From positions 2,656,001 to 2,720,000 of the forward strand of contig OY762492.1 of assembly GCA_963665845.2 (NCBI GenBank): a DNA stretch of 64,000 bases. Direction: 5' to 3'. Below, piece after piece: positions 45,825 through 55,982 of this stretch. The position numbers were made by a program, and so were the translations under genes. The DNA comes from Candidatus Poribacteria bacterium (lineage in GTDB: Bacteria > Poribacteria > WGA-4E > GCA-2687025). A model generated the notes under the pieces. The model was given only the letters and a program-made list of their open reading frames with translations, searched no databases and was not told the origin of the DNA. The number at the start of each line of letters is the position of its first letter. Positions within the stretch are counted from its first letter, which is position 1.

Positions 45825-47828
45825 CTAATGATCGGAGACATCCCAAAGAAGGACGGTACCGTCGGCGCTTGCCGTCCCGATCGTCTTTCCATCCGGGGAA
45901 AACTCCGCCCAGTTGACCGCTCCCGTATGCCCTTCAAGCGTTTTGAGAAGGGCGCCCGTCTCGGCGTTCCATATCCGCGCCGTTCGGTCGCCGCTGCCGC
46001 TGACAATCATCGTTCCGTCCGGCGAATACGCCGCCCAGTTCACGCTGTTCTCCGAATGCCCTTTCAGTTGTCTCAGAACGGCGCCGGCGCGCGCGTCCCA
46101 AACCGTAAGGCTGCCGTCCATACCGCCGCTCACGAAGGCGCGTCCATCCGGCGAATAGACGGCTGAATTGGCGCCTTGCTTATGCCCCTTGATCGTTTTG
46201 AGAAGGTCTCCCGTACGGGCGTTCCAGATCCGTATCGAGCCGTCATTGCTTGCGCTGACGATCGTTTTGCCGTCCGGCGAATAAGCGGCTGAATAGATCG
46301 GATAAACCGTATTCGTTCTAACATCTCTTCTTAGATCTCCTTCAAGCGTTTCGAGAGACTTGCCCGTCTCGGCGTCCCAAATGCGGACATAGCCGTTTTT
46401 GCCACCGCTAAGGAGACGCTGCCCGTCTGGAGAAAACGACAGCGTAACGATCTCATTTGCATCCCCTTCGCTAGCGGGACGCAATCCGTCTGGAGAAGAC
46501 AACCACGTAACAACCCCAACTCCATCCGTTTTGATCTCTTTAAGAAGCGCGCCTGTCTTAGCGTCCAGAATAGTGATCGCCCCGACGCCCCTAACGCAGG
46601 CGATTCGCTTGCCGTCCGGCGAATAGGTCAGCATGCGCAGATACGCCTTCTGCTCCCGCAGCATGTTGACAAGCGCGCCGGTTTCAACGTCCCATAAATA
46701 CAGGCTGCGGTCGTCGGAATAGCTGACAACGATATGCTTCCCGTCCGGCGAAAACGAGGGACGCATGCCGACGCCTATATATCTCCTCTCAATCGTACGG
46801 ACAACGGCGCCAAGCGCAACGTTCCAAATTCGAATCGGGCCGTATCCTTCTGTTCCCGCGATGAAATGCCCGTCCGGCGAAAAGGCGGCCAAAGAGGCGT
46901 TGAAAGAGTAGTCCAACGGGTAAAGAGGCGCGCCGCCGGGAAATCTCCACAAAAGCAGCCTCCTAGAAGGACCGCCGCCGGCAAGGATTCTACCGTCCGG
47001 AGAATAGGCGACAGAGTCGACATGACGGGCGTCAAGCGTGTTGAGCGTCTTGCCCGTCTCGGCGTCCCAGACGCGAATCGTCTTGCGGTCGGCGCCTGCA
47101 ATATAACGCCCGTCTGGAGAACACGCCGCCGATACGACCGAGTCGGCATGCCCTTTCAGCGTTCGAATCAGCGTTAAGGTTCTGGCGTCCCATATGCGAA
47201 TCCTTTTGCCGCTGCCGCTGACGATGCGCTGTCCGTCCGGCGAAAAGGCGGCGGAATGAACCGTACCTGTGTGTCCTTCAAGCGTTTTGAGAAGCGCCGC
47301 CGTTTTGACATCCCAGACGCGAACCGTTTTGTCGCCGCCGCCGCTGACGATATAACGTCCGTTCGGCGAAAAGGCGGCTGAATAGACTCCGCCTGTATGT
47401 CCTTCAAGCGTTTTGAGCGTCTCGCCCGTCTCGGCGTCCCAGATGCGAATCGTCGAATCGCCGCTGCCGCTGACGATATAAAGACCGTGCGGCGACCAGG
47501 CGGCGGAACGGACCGACTCGGTATGCCCTTGAAACAGCGCGATCTCGTCTCCGAAACGCGCGTCGTATATCCACACGCCGGGGCTGCCTGCGGCGGCAAT
47601 CCTGCGGCTGTTCGGCGAATAGGCGAGCGAATGGAGGCGCCCTTTGCCAATGCGCAGCTTGGCGCCGTCGGGAAGCGCGCGCCGACAGATCAGATCCGTC
47701 TCGGCAAGAGATCGAGTCAACCCATCGGCGGCAAACGCCTCAAAGACGCCGCATATCAAAAAGCATACGATGAAGAGAGGCGGGCGTCTCCAATGAAGAC
47801 GGCGATCCGCGCCAAAGCGAATGTTCAT
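45825..47828 (-). CDS. Secreted WD40-repeat protein (double propeller)
   Basis: LPDGAKLRIGKG, then about 14 GHT..SPDG..IWD repeats. Confidence 0.9.
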   Translation of the reverse strand: MNIRFGADRRLHWRRPPLFIVCFLICGVFEAFAADGLTRSLAETDLICRRALPDGAKLRIGKGRLHSLAYSPNSRRIAAAGSPGVWIYDARFGDEIALFQGHTESVRSAAWSPHGLYIVSGSGDSTIRIWDAETGETLKTLEGHTGGVYSAAFSPNGRYIVSGGGDKTVRVWDVKTAALLKTLEGHTGTVHSAAFSPDGQRIVSGSGKRIRIWDARTLTLIRTLKGHADSVVSAACSPDGRYIAGADRKTIRVWDAETGKTLNTLDARHVDSVAYSPDGRILAGGGPSRRLLLWRFPGGAPLYPLDYSFNASLAAFSPDGHFIAGTEGYGPIRIWNVALGAVVRTIERRYIGVGMRPSFSPDGKHIVVSYSDDRSLYLWDVETGALVNMLREQKAYLRMLTYSPDGKRIACVRGVGAITILDAKTGALLKEIKTDGVGVVTWLSSPDGLRPASEGDANEIVTLSFSPDGQRLLSGGKNGYVRIWDAETGKSLETLEGDLRRDVRTNTVYPIYSAAYSPDGKTIVSASNDGSIRIWNARTGDLLKTIKGHKQGANSAVYSPDGRAFVSGGMDGSLTVWDARAGAVLRQLKGHSENSVNWAAYSPDGTMIVSGSGDRTARIWNAETGALLKTLEGHTGAVNWAEFSPDGKTIGTASADGTVLLWDVSDH

Positions 47829-49720
47829 CGACCGCCCTCCTGATCCTGCCCTTGCGGCAGAGCGCGGGAATCTTCGTCAGACAGATCCCATATGAGAATG
47901 GTTCCATCCTCGCTGGCGCTGGCGAGCGTCTTGCCTTCCGGCGAATACCCGACCCATTTGACATTGCCGGTATGCCCTTCCAGCGTTTTAAGACGCTCGC
48001 CCGTCTCGGCGTCCCAGATGCGTATCCTCTCGCGGCTGCTTCCGCTGGCGATCGTTTTTCCATCGGGCGAATACGCCGCCGAAAAGACCCATATATCCTC
48101 TTTCAGCGTTTTGAGAAGCGCGCCTGTCGCGGCGTCCCAGATGCGCAAGGTTCCATCATCGCCCGCGCTGACAATCGGTTTGCCGTCCGGCGAATACGCC
48201 GCCGAATTGACTGGCTCGGTATGCCCCTCCAGCGTTTTGAGAAGCGCGCCTGTCTCGGCATTCCAGACGCGCAAGGTTCCGTCTTCGCCTGCGGTGACGA
48301 CCGCATTTCCGTCTGGAGAAAACGCGGCGCCGTTGACCCGCTCCGTATGCCCCGCAACGATGAGCTGGGCGCCCGTTGCGGCGTCCCATACCCGAACGGT
48401 CTTGTCTTGGCTTGCAGACACAATCCGATCGCCGTTTGGAGAGTATGAACCGAAAAGGATGTGTTCAGCATGCCCTTTGAGCGTGAGGAGACGCGCGTCC
48501 GTCTCAACATTCCGTATGACGATCTCATCATTGTCCGAATAGGCGATCGTCTTTCCGTCGGGAGAATACGCCGCCCATGTTGAATAGTCGGGCTTTCCGA
48601 GCGTTTTGAGATGCGCCCCATTTTCATAGTCCCATAGATCGATGCCGCCGATCGGAGCGGCGATCGTTTGACCGTCCGGCGAGAATGCAGGAATGCGATA
48701 GCCGCCGCCAATATGACCGTCAAATGTATAGACAGGGGCGCGAATCTGGATGTTGATAATGCGAACGCCATCGCCGGCATCGCCCGCAACATTGTGTCCG
48801 TCCGGCGAAAACGAAACGGCAGAGCTGTGGCTATTTTTCACGAACGGCAAAAGAGGCGACTCGTAGTCGGCGCTCCATACGTTGCCTAAACCGCCGGCGA
48901 GGAACCTCCCGTCCGTGGAATATGCAAACGATCTGAAATTTCTGAAATTGCCGAGCGAATCTAGAGGATGAAGCAGCGCGCCCGTCTTGACATCCCAGAT
49001 TCCGATATATTGAGCATTAAAAGTTGTGCAGGCGATTCGTTGTCCGTCAGGCGAAAATGCGATAGACATGACGCCCGCCTTATTTTCCTCATCGTCTATC
49101 GAGTTGAGAAGCGCGCCTGTCTCCACATCCCATATCGTTATGGTCGGATCGCCGCCTCCTCCGCCGGCAACCTTCTTTCCGTCGGGAGAATAGGTTGCCG
49201 TAAAGACAGTACCTGTATGCCCCGTTAGCGTTTTCAGCAGGCGGTTCGACTCGGCGTCCCATATCTTGACCGATTCGCCATGCGCGGCAAGGAGGCTCTT
49301 TCCGTCCTGCGAAAATTCAGCAGAGAAGGTCCATCCGCCCTTTCGACCAAGCGTGTTCAAAAGCGCGCCCGTTTCGGCGTTCCATATCCGAACCGATCCG
49401 TCCCAGCTTGAGCTGACAATCTTCTTGCCGTCCGGCGAATAGTCCGCCGAATTGACCGCCGCTTTATGCCCCCGCAGCAGCGCCATCTCCTTGCCGTAGC
49501 GCGCGTCGTAGATCCATATGCCGATCGTACTGCCGACCGCGATCCGCTCCCCGTCCGGCGAATAGTCGACCGAATAGACATGGCCCCTGCCGATGCGCAT
49601 CTTGACGCCGTCGGGCAGCGACAGCGGCGAAATGTACGACAACATCTCCGGCTCCGCCGCCGAGGCGCCGACGAAGCTGATCAAGAAGAGCGCGCCGATA
49701 GAAGAGAGGCGTTTGTTCAT
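47825..49720 (-). CDS. Secreted WD40-repeat protein (paralog of 45825)
   Basis: Signal peptide, LPDGVKMRIGRG, about 14 WD repeats. Confidence 0.9.
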   Translation of the reverse strand: MNKRLSSIGALFLISFVGASAAEPEMLSYISPLSLPDGVKMRIGRGHVYSVDYSPDGERIAVGSTIGIWIYDARYGKEMALLRGHKAAVNSADYSPDGKKIVSSSWDGSVRIWNAETGALLNTLGRKGGWTFSAEFSQDGKSLLAAHGESVKIWDAESNRLLKTLTGHTGTVFTATYSPDGKKVAGGGGGDPTITIWDVETGALLNSIDDEENKAGVMSIAFSPDGQRIACTTFNAQYIGIWDVKTGALLHPLDSLGNFRNFRSFAYSTDGRFLAGGLGNVWSADYESPLLPFVKNSHSSAVSFSPDGHNVAGDAGDGVRIINIQIRAPVYTFDGHIGGGYRIPAFSPDGQTIAAPIGGIDLWDYENGAHLKTLGKPDYSTWAAYSPDGKTIAYSDNDEIVIRNVETDARLLTLKGHAEHILFGSYSPNGDRIVSASQDKTVRVWDAATGAQLIVAGHTERVNGAAFSPDGNAVVTAGEDGTLRVWNAETGALLKTLEGHTEPVNSAAYSPDGKPIVSAGDDGTLRIWDAATGALLKTLKEDIWVFSAAYSPDGKTIASGSSRERIRIWDAETGERLKTLEGHTGNVKWVGYSPEGKTLASASEDGTILIWDLSDEDSRALPQGQDQEGGR

Positions 49721-49848
49721 AGGCGTTTTCCTTGCGCCTGTTGCTGCGGTCTGCTAAATGAGCATAAGGGACGCTGGGCGGCGCGTCAAGGCGCTTGCGC
49801 TGCCGCCGAGTCTGTGCGACGCTTAACGCCAGGAGCGGAGAGCATCGT

Positions 49849-50658
49849 ATGGAAAACGGCAAGACGGCGCTGATCACCGGCGCGTCTAGCGGCATCGGCA
49901 TGGAGCTGGCGCGCCTGTTCGCCCAAGACGGATACCGCCTCGTTCTCACGGCGCGCAGCGAAGACAAACTGAACGCGCTGGCGGACGAGCTCGCGGAGGC
50001 GCATGGGGCGCCGTCGCTCGTCCTTCCGAAAGATTTGGCGCAGCCGAACGCGCCGGCGGAGCTTCACAACGCGCTCAAAGAGAACGCGGTTCACGCGGAC
50101 GCTCTCGTCAACAACGCGGGCATCGGCAGCTACGGCTTTTTTCATGAAACAGACCCGGAGCGGATCGCCGGCATGCTTCAGCTGAACATCATGTCGCTCA
50201 CGGCGCTGACCCGCCTGCTGCTTCCGGAGATGGCGGCGCGCGGCGGGGGGCGCATTATGAATGTGGCTTCCACGGCGGCGTTTCAGCCTGGACCGCTCAT
50301 GGCGTCCTATTTTGCGTCGAAGGCGTATGTGCTGTCGTTCTCGCAGGCGGTCGCCAACGAGGCGGCCGGCAGCGGCGTCTCGATCACATGCCTATGCCCC
50401 GGTCCCGCGGCGACCGGTTTTATCGAAAGCGCCCAGATCGGATCGCCGCGCATTTTTAAAACGAACATACTGGACAGCTCCCGCGTCGCCAGAGAAGGTT
50501 ACCGCGCCATGATGAAAGGCAAGCGGGTCGCGGTCGTCGGCAGGATCAACAAGATTCTCGCCCTCGCCGTTCGTCTGGCGCCGAGAAGTTGGACGACGCG
50601 CGCGCTGCGTTATCTGTTGACCGATCCTGACAGTCCGCCGGCAAAGGAGAAGTCATGA
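49849..50658 (+). CDS. Short-chain dehydrogenase/reductase
   Basis: TGASSGIG, NNAG, YFASK. Confidence 0.93.
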   Translation: MENGKTALITGASSGIGMELARLFAQDGYRLVLTARSEDKLNALADELAEAHGAPSLVLPKDLAQPNAPAELHNALKENAVHADALVNNAGIGSYGFFHETDPERIAGMLQLNIMSLTALTRLLLPEMAARGGGRIMNVASTAAFQPGPLMASYFASKAYVLSFSQAVANEAAGSGVSITCLCPGPAATGFIESAQIGSPRIFKTNILDSSRVAREGYRAMMKGKRVAVVGRINKILALAVRLAPRSWTTRALRYLLTDPDSPPAKEKS

Positions 50659-51713
50659 CTGCGCGGGGCGGAGCCGAAGCGGTGGATCATAAACGGGCGG
50701 ACGGGCGGTACTACACGCGCGGAAACCCGTTTCTGTTGAAGCCCTTTCAGCGGTGGGCGAAGGAGGCGCGGTTGGATCGGCGGCGCGTTCTGGAGCCTTT
50801 TGCGGGAGCGAAGGATATACCGCGCCTGTTGGACGCGGCGGGTTATGTCGGGCTGGAATGGTCGCTTTTTGACATTCAGCCCAGCGCGGAGGGGGTGAAG
50901 CGGCGCGACACGCTCGCCGATTTTCCGACCGGTTACGGCGCATGCATCACGAACCCGCCATGGCTCGCGCGCAACTCGGCGACGCGGCGCGGTTTGCCGT
51001 TTCCGCCCGAATCACAGTATGACGATCTGTATAAGCATGCGCTTGAAAAATGCCTCGCCCATTGCGGATGGACGGCGGCGATCATCCCGGAGGCGTTTAT
51101 ACGCAGCGGACTCTTTTTGGAGCGGCTGTCCGATTTCGTCTCGCTGGTTTCCTTTGCGCCTGTTGAATCGGACGGCGGCGGCGCGCCGTCGAAGATGTTT
51201 GAGGATACAGATCATCCGGTCGGCTTGGCGCTCTTTGCGCCGTCGGCGGAGGAACAGGCGCGCGTCTGGAGAAACGACCGCTTTCTCGGCGAGCTGGGCA
51301 GTCTGCGCGCCCATCTGCCTCCCGCGTCGCGCAACCGCCGCATCGTCTTCAACAACCCGAACGGGAACCTGGGCTTGATCGCCATCGACAACACGGTTGA
51401 AGCGTCCATACGGTTCTGTCCGCCTGAAGAGCTGAAGGGTCGTCTCGTCAGCTCGCGCGATCGGTTTCTGACGGTCATCCGCGTCCCTTGGAACGCCGAC
51501 ATTGACCTGTTGAACGCGCGCTTGAGAACGCTCCGCGAAAAGACGCATGACGTGTTTTTAACGGCGTTCAAGGGTCTTCGCCAAGACGGGAAATACCGCC
51601 GCCGCCTCGGATACGCGCTCGCCCGCTCCATCATCGACATGGACAATCCGCAGCTCAAAATGAATCTGATGTTTAGCCTCAAGCCGCCAAAACGGAATGG
51701 AGACGCGCCATGA
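50655..51713 (+). CDS. Putative gamma-class amino-DNA methyltransferase; orphan in this window
   Basis: GRYYT (motif X), LEPFAG (motif I), ITNPPW (motif IV), DDLY, IIPE. Confidence 0.7.
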   Translation: MTARGGAEAVDHKRADGRYYTRGNPFLLKPFQRWAKEARLDRRRVLEPFAGAKDIPRLLDAAGYVGLEWSLFDIQPSAEGVKRRDTLADFPTGYGACITNPPWLARNSATRRGLPFPPESQYDDLYKHALEKCLAHCGWTAAIIPEAFIRSGLFLERLSDFVSLVSFAPVESDGGGAPSKMFEDTDHPVGLALFAPSAEEQARVWRNDRFLGELGSLRAHLPPASRNRRIVFNNPNGNLGLIAIDNTVEASIRFCPPEELKGRLVSSRDRFLTVIRVPWNADIDLLNARLRTLREKTHDVFLTAFKGLRQDGKYRRRLGYALARSIIDMDNPQLKMNLMFSLKPPKRNGDAP

Positions 51714-53137
51714 AACGCAACGCCGTCGTCATCTGCGTCGATACTTTTCGCGCCGACATGGGAGGCTCCGGCGGCAAGCTCAGCTTCGTCAAGACGCCCA
51801 ACATCGACCGCCTGCGCGATGAGGGCGTCTCCTTCACCCGCTGCTTCGGCGAGGGCGAGCCGACGATACCGGTGCGCCGCTGCCTTTTCACGGGGCGCCG
51901 CTCTTTTCCATGGCGGCATAACATTCCAAACGAGGGGCTGCAGCCGCACGGGGGCGGCTGGCACGCCATACCGCCCGAACATGACGCGCTCGCCGAAATC
52001 CTGCATGACAACGGCTGGCTGACCGCCCTTGTCGCCGACACCTACCATATGTTCAAGCCGACGATGAACTTCACCCGCGGCTTCTTGAGCTGGCAGTTCA
52101 TACGCGGGCAGGAGAACGACCCTTACCGTTCCGGCCCGTTGAGCGGCATCGACCTTGCCGCGCACACGCCTGAAGACGACCCGACGCCGCTGAATCATCC
52201 GACGCTGGCGCAGTACCTGTTGAACGCGCAGGGGCGGACAAGCGAAGAGGATTGGCAGGCGGCGCAGGTGTTCAGAACGGCGGCGAGCTGGCTTGAACAG
52301 AACCGCGCCAACTCCCCCTTCTTCCTTTGGATCGACAGCTTCAGCCCGCATGAGCTGTGGGATCCGCCGCGTCAATACGCGGACGCCTATTTTCCGTCCA
52401 AGCCAGGTCTCAAAGATTACATCTACCCAGCCTCGTTTCGAGGCAATGTCGAGAGCTTGACCGACGACGAACGGGAACGGGTCAAGGCGCTCTATTTCGG
52501 CTTCGTTACCTTTGTCGACCGCTGGATCGGACATCTGCTGAACGCGGTGGACAGCTTGAATCTGTGGGACGACACGATCGTCATGTTCGTCACCGACCAT
52601 GGAACGGAGATGTTGGACAAGGGCAGGTTTGGCAAGAGCGCCGCCCGCCTCTACCCTTACAACACGCGCCTGAATTGGATCGTCCGCCATCCGGACGGAC
52701 CGCGCGGCGTCGAGTGTAACGCATGGACGCAGAACGATGATATGTTTCCGACGCTGCTGAACCTGCTGGGCGTTTCGGTTGAGGAATGCGACGGATACGA
52801 CGTCTGGCCGGTCGTCTCGGATCCGTCCAAGGGGGAGCGCAAGCATGCGGTCACGGGATGGGGCAACAACGTCTGCGTCCGCGGGGAGAAATGGGCGGTT
52901 CATATGAACGCGACGGCGGAGAATTACGCCGACACAGCGCGCGTGTACGACCTTGAAAACGACCCGGACGAGACGAAGAACATCGCCGAGGCGAATGCGA
53001 ATGTGATTCAGCAGGCGGCGATACGGGTTGAGCAGGCCGCCGGACCGATGCCGCTTCAATTCGATCAGTTCAAGCAGCGCGCCCGCGGACGCACGATGCG
53101 CTCTTTCGCGCCCTTGCGGTTTAAAACGGATGAATGA
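51710..53137 (+). CDS. Sulfatase-like hydrolase with a TIPVR signature
   Basis: VDTFRAD, TPNIDRL, PTIPVRRCLFTGR, FSPHE, TDHG, YDLENDPDET. Confidence 0.85.
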   Translation: MKRNAVVICVDTFRADMGGSGGKLSFVKTPNIDRLRDEGVSFTRCFGEGEPTIPVRRCLFTGRRSFPWRHNIPNEGLQPHGGGWHAIPPEHDALAEILHDNGWLTALVADTYHMFKPTMNFTRGFLSWQFIRGQENDPYRSGPLSGIDLAAHTPEDDPTPLNHPTLAQYLLNAQGRTSEEDWQAAQVFRTAASWLEQNRANSPFFLWIDSFSPHELWDPPRQYADAYFPSKPGLKDYIYPASFRGNVESLTDDERERVKALYFGFVTFVDRWIGHLLNAVDSLNLWDDTIVMFVTDHGTEMLDKGRFGKSAARLYPYNTRLNWIVRHPDGPRGVECNAWTQNDDMFPTLLNLLGVSVEECDGYDVWPVVSDPSKGERKHAVTGWGNNVCVRGEKWAVHMNATAENYADTARVYDLENDPDETKNIAEANANVIQQAAIRVEQAAGPMPLQFDQFKQRARGRTMRSFAPLRFKTDE

Positions 53138-54665
53138 TCTTCAACGCTGCTATGAGGCGTTCGTTTTTTTAAAAAAAGAGATGTCGCGCTGGCTGTCGCA
53201 GAGCGCGCGCATGGACGGACCCGGCCCGAACGGCGGCGGAGAAGATGAAGCGAATTACGCGCTCGCATGGTTTCAACATTATCTCATAACGCGCGAAGAG
53301 GCGGCGGCGCGCCATTTCCGCGAACTGCTGTCGGCGCTGAAAGGCTGGGTCGAACGCGAATGCGTCAACGGGTATGAGCCGAAGGCGGAGGCGCACCATG
53401 GGACGGAACCGTTTTTGCTGTTTCTGCCGAGGTATATTGATCTGTTTCCTGAAGACGAGTCGGCGCGGCGTCTGCTTCTAGGGGCGGCGCAGCATATCGG
53501 CAACTGGCATCCCGAATCGCCCGATTGGTTCGATGAACGGCGCGGCTGTTTCCGCTCGTTTCATTTGGGAACGCGCCATGTCGGAAACGATCCGCGGTAT
53601 GCGTATGAGTTCACTGATCACATCCGTTTTCTTCATATCGCGCTTGCCGCCTACCGCGCGTCGGGTCGACAGCGGTATGTGGACTGGGCGTTTCAATATG
53701 GGCGCGTCTGGGCGAAGCGGATCGCGGCATGCGAGACGATCCCTGTTATCTGGACGCAGGCGGGCGAGCCGGTCGCCGCGGACGTTTTACCGCAAAGTCT
53801 TGACCCGCGAACGCGCCGCGCCGCCGCTGGACATCATATCCCGAACGATCCGTTGAGCGGCGTTGAAAACCTGCTGGCGTCCGGCGCCGTCTATGCGTTT
53901 GGAGACCTGTTTAGCTTGAACCGCGAGCCGCAGTTTGCGCAGGCGGCAAACCGAATCGCGTCGCCGTTGATCTCAACATTGAGCGACCCGTTCGCCGACC
54001 CTGGCGCCGCCGCGTTGAGTTACACGCGCCATGCGTTTGGCGACAGGTCGCTGGACGCGCCGCTTCTGGAGGAGATCGCGCGTTTTCCTAAAGAGCCGCC
54101 GCGGCCGCTGGCAATGCTTTTCCCTGAAGAGCGGAAACGGCGGGAGCCGGGCGTCGGAAAACGCAGCGACATGATCTACTGGGCGGAATGGCAAGAGGAC
54201 GGATCGGCGCGTCCCTTACAGGCGCCGACGACCGCCGCGTATGCGCTCGCTTATCAGATGACGCGCGAACCGATCTATGCGCGTATCGCGCTGGAGACCG
54301 CCGGACGCAAACTGGCGATGGCGCGGCGCGTTCTGCGCGGCGGACGGGAGCATGCGGACATGGGCGGCGCGGTCTGTTCTGTGGCGGCGGGGCATGGACG
54401 CAACTGGGGCTGCGGCGCCGTGACAGGCTGTTATGGTCCGCTGCTCTTGGGTACGCGCGAGATTCTCGGCGCTGTGACGCCGCGCTATGAGTTTGCCGGC
54501 GGCAAAGTCCCAGACGGCTTGCTGCCGCTCGCGTCGGACGGCTCCGTCCTGTTTTACAACGGCTCAAAAAAGCGGCTTGATATCGAATGGCGCCCGTTCG
54601 GAAAATCGGGTTGGGAAAAACTGACGCTGCAGTCGTCCGAGTCGGCGGAGCGGAATCTGGAATGA
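53130..54665 (+). CDS. Hypothetical protein, mostly helical
   Basis: Long ORF whose start and stop overlap the flanking genes; no family recognised. Confidence 0.75.
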   Translation: MNDLQRCYEAFVFLKKEMSRWLSQSARMDGPGPNGGGEDEANYALAWFQHYLITREEAAARHFRELLSALKGWVERECVNGYEPKAEAHHGTEPFLLFLPRYIDLFPEDESARRLLLGAAQHIGNWHPESPDWFDERRGCFRSFHLGTRHVGNDPRYAYEFTDHIRFLHIALAAYRASGRQRYVDWAFQYGRVWAKRIAACETIPVIWTQAGEPVAADVLPQSLDPRTRRAAAGHHIPNDPLSGVENLLASGAVYAFGDLFSLNREPQFAQAANRIASPLISTLSDPFADPGAAALSYTRHAFGDRSLDAPLLEEIARFPKEPPRPLAMLFPEERKRREPGVGKRSDMIYWAEWQEDGSARPLQAPTTAAYALAYQMTREPIYARIALETAGRKLAMARRVLRGGREHADMGGAVCSVAAGHGRNWGCGAVTGCYGPLLLGTREILGAVTPRYEFAGGKVPDGLLPLASDGSVLFYNGSKKRLDIEWRPFGKSGWEKLTLQSSESAERNLE

Positions 54666-55288
54666 ACGCGGCGGGGCTGCTGCTGGCGGCGGGCGCATCA
54701 AGGCGAATGGGAACGCCCAAGGCGCTCCTCCCCTTCGGCGATGCGACCGTCATAGAGCGCGGCGTCCAGAATTTTAAAGAGGCCGGCGTTCAGCATGTCG
54801 TTGTGGTATTGGGTTTTTGGGAAAAGGAGATACGGCGCGCCTGCCCCGATCTGTTCAGCGGAAAAGTAACGGCGGCGCTGAATCCTCAACCCGAACTCGG
54901 TATGCTCTCTTCGGTTCAATGCGGGTTGCGCGCGGCGGCGAAGCTGGGCGTTGAGGCGGTTCTCCTCGCGCTGCTTGACCAGCCGTTCGTCCCTCCGTTC
55001 GTCTATCGGCAGACGCTGGAGGGCTGTCAAACGAAGCTTATCTCGATTCCTCAATACAACGGACGAAGCGGACATCCGATCGCCGTGTCGATGCGGCTCG
55101 CCGAGGAGGTATTGGCGATGAACCCTGAAAGGCAGACGCTGCGCGACTTCGTCCGCGCGGAGCCTGGGCGGGTTCAGCCCGTATCGGCGGGAACGAACGC
55201 TATTCTGCGCGACATGGACGCCCCGTCAGAGTATCATAAGGAGTTGAAGCGGCTTCAGAAGAAACATGGAGAGAGCGATGCTCCCTAA
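54662..55288 (+). CDS. Molybdenum cofactor cytidylyltransferase-like (MocA/YgfJ) nucleotidyltransferase
   Basis: LLAAGASRRMGTPKALL, GMLSSVQCG, DQP, GHP, RDMD. Confidence 0.88.
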   Translation: MNAAGLLLAAGASRRMGTPKALLPFGDATVIERGVQNFKEAGVQHVVVVLGFWEKEIRRACPDLFSGKVTAALNPQPELGMLSSVQCGLRAAAKLGVEAVLLALLDQPFVPPFVYRQTLEGCQTKLISIPQYNGRSGHPIAVSMRLAEEVLAMNPERQTLRDFVRAEPGRVQPVSAGTNAILRDMDAPSEYHKELKRLQKKHGESDAP

Positions 55289-55982
55289 AGCGATCCTGTT
55301 CGACCTAGACGACACGATCTTGCGGTTCTCCGACTCCGGCGCCGACCGCTGGCGCGAGATCTGTATGGACGCTGGACCGCGGCTTTCGCTGTCTCCGTCG
55401 GCGCTGTTTGACGCGATTCATTCGACGGCAAATGCGTTTTGGAGCAGCCCTGAACGGACGCCCGCCGACCGGTTCGATTTTCCCAAAAGCCGCCGCCGCG
55501 TCGTTCAAAAGGCGTTTGAGTCGCTTGAGATCGACAATCCTGAATTTGCCGTAGAGCTGGCGGACCTGTTCTCGGCGACGCGGGACGAAGGCATCGCCCC
55601 GTTCCCCGGCGCCATCGAGACGCTGAAACGTTTGCGCTCAAAAGGCGTCCGCTTGGCGATGGTCACCAACGGAAGCGAGGAGGCGCAGCGGGCGAAGATC
55701 AACCGCTTTCAGCTGGAGCCGTATTTTGAGTATATTTTAATAGAGGGGGAATTCGGCGCCGGGAAGCCGGAGCCGATCGTGTATGAAACCGCGTTGAACG
55801 CTGTAGAGGCGGAGCCGAGCGAGGCGTGGATGGTGGGCGACAGCCTAGAAAACGAGGTGGCGGGACCGCAGCGCCTCGGCATTTACGCCGTCTGGCGCGA
55901 CAACGCGGGGCGCGGACTCCCGCCCAACAGCGCCATCAAGCCCGACCGTATTATCCGATCCATCGCGGAGCTGCTGCCATGA
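55278..55982 (+). CDS. HAD-superfamily hydrolase (YjjG-like)
   Basis: FDLDDT, VTNG, GKPEP, MVGDS. Confidence 0.9.
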   Translation: MLPKAILFDLDDTILRFSDSGADRWREICMDAGPRLSLSPSALFDAIHSTANAFWSSPERTPADRFDFPKSRRRVVQKAFESLEIDNPEFAVELADLFSATRDEGIAPFPGAIETLKRLRSKGVRLAMVTNGSEEAQRAKINRFQLEPYFEYILIEGEFGAGKPEPIVYETALNAVEAEPSEAWMVGDSLENEVAGPQRLGIYAVWRDNAGRGLPPNSAIKPDRIIRSIAELLP

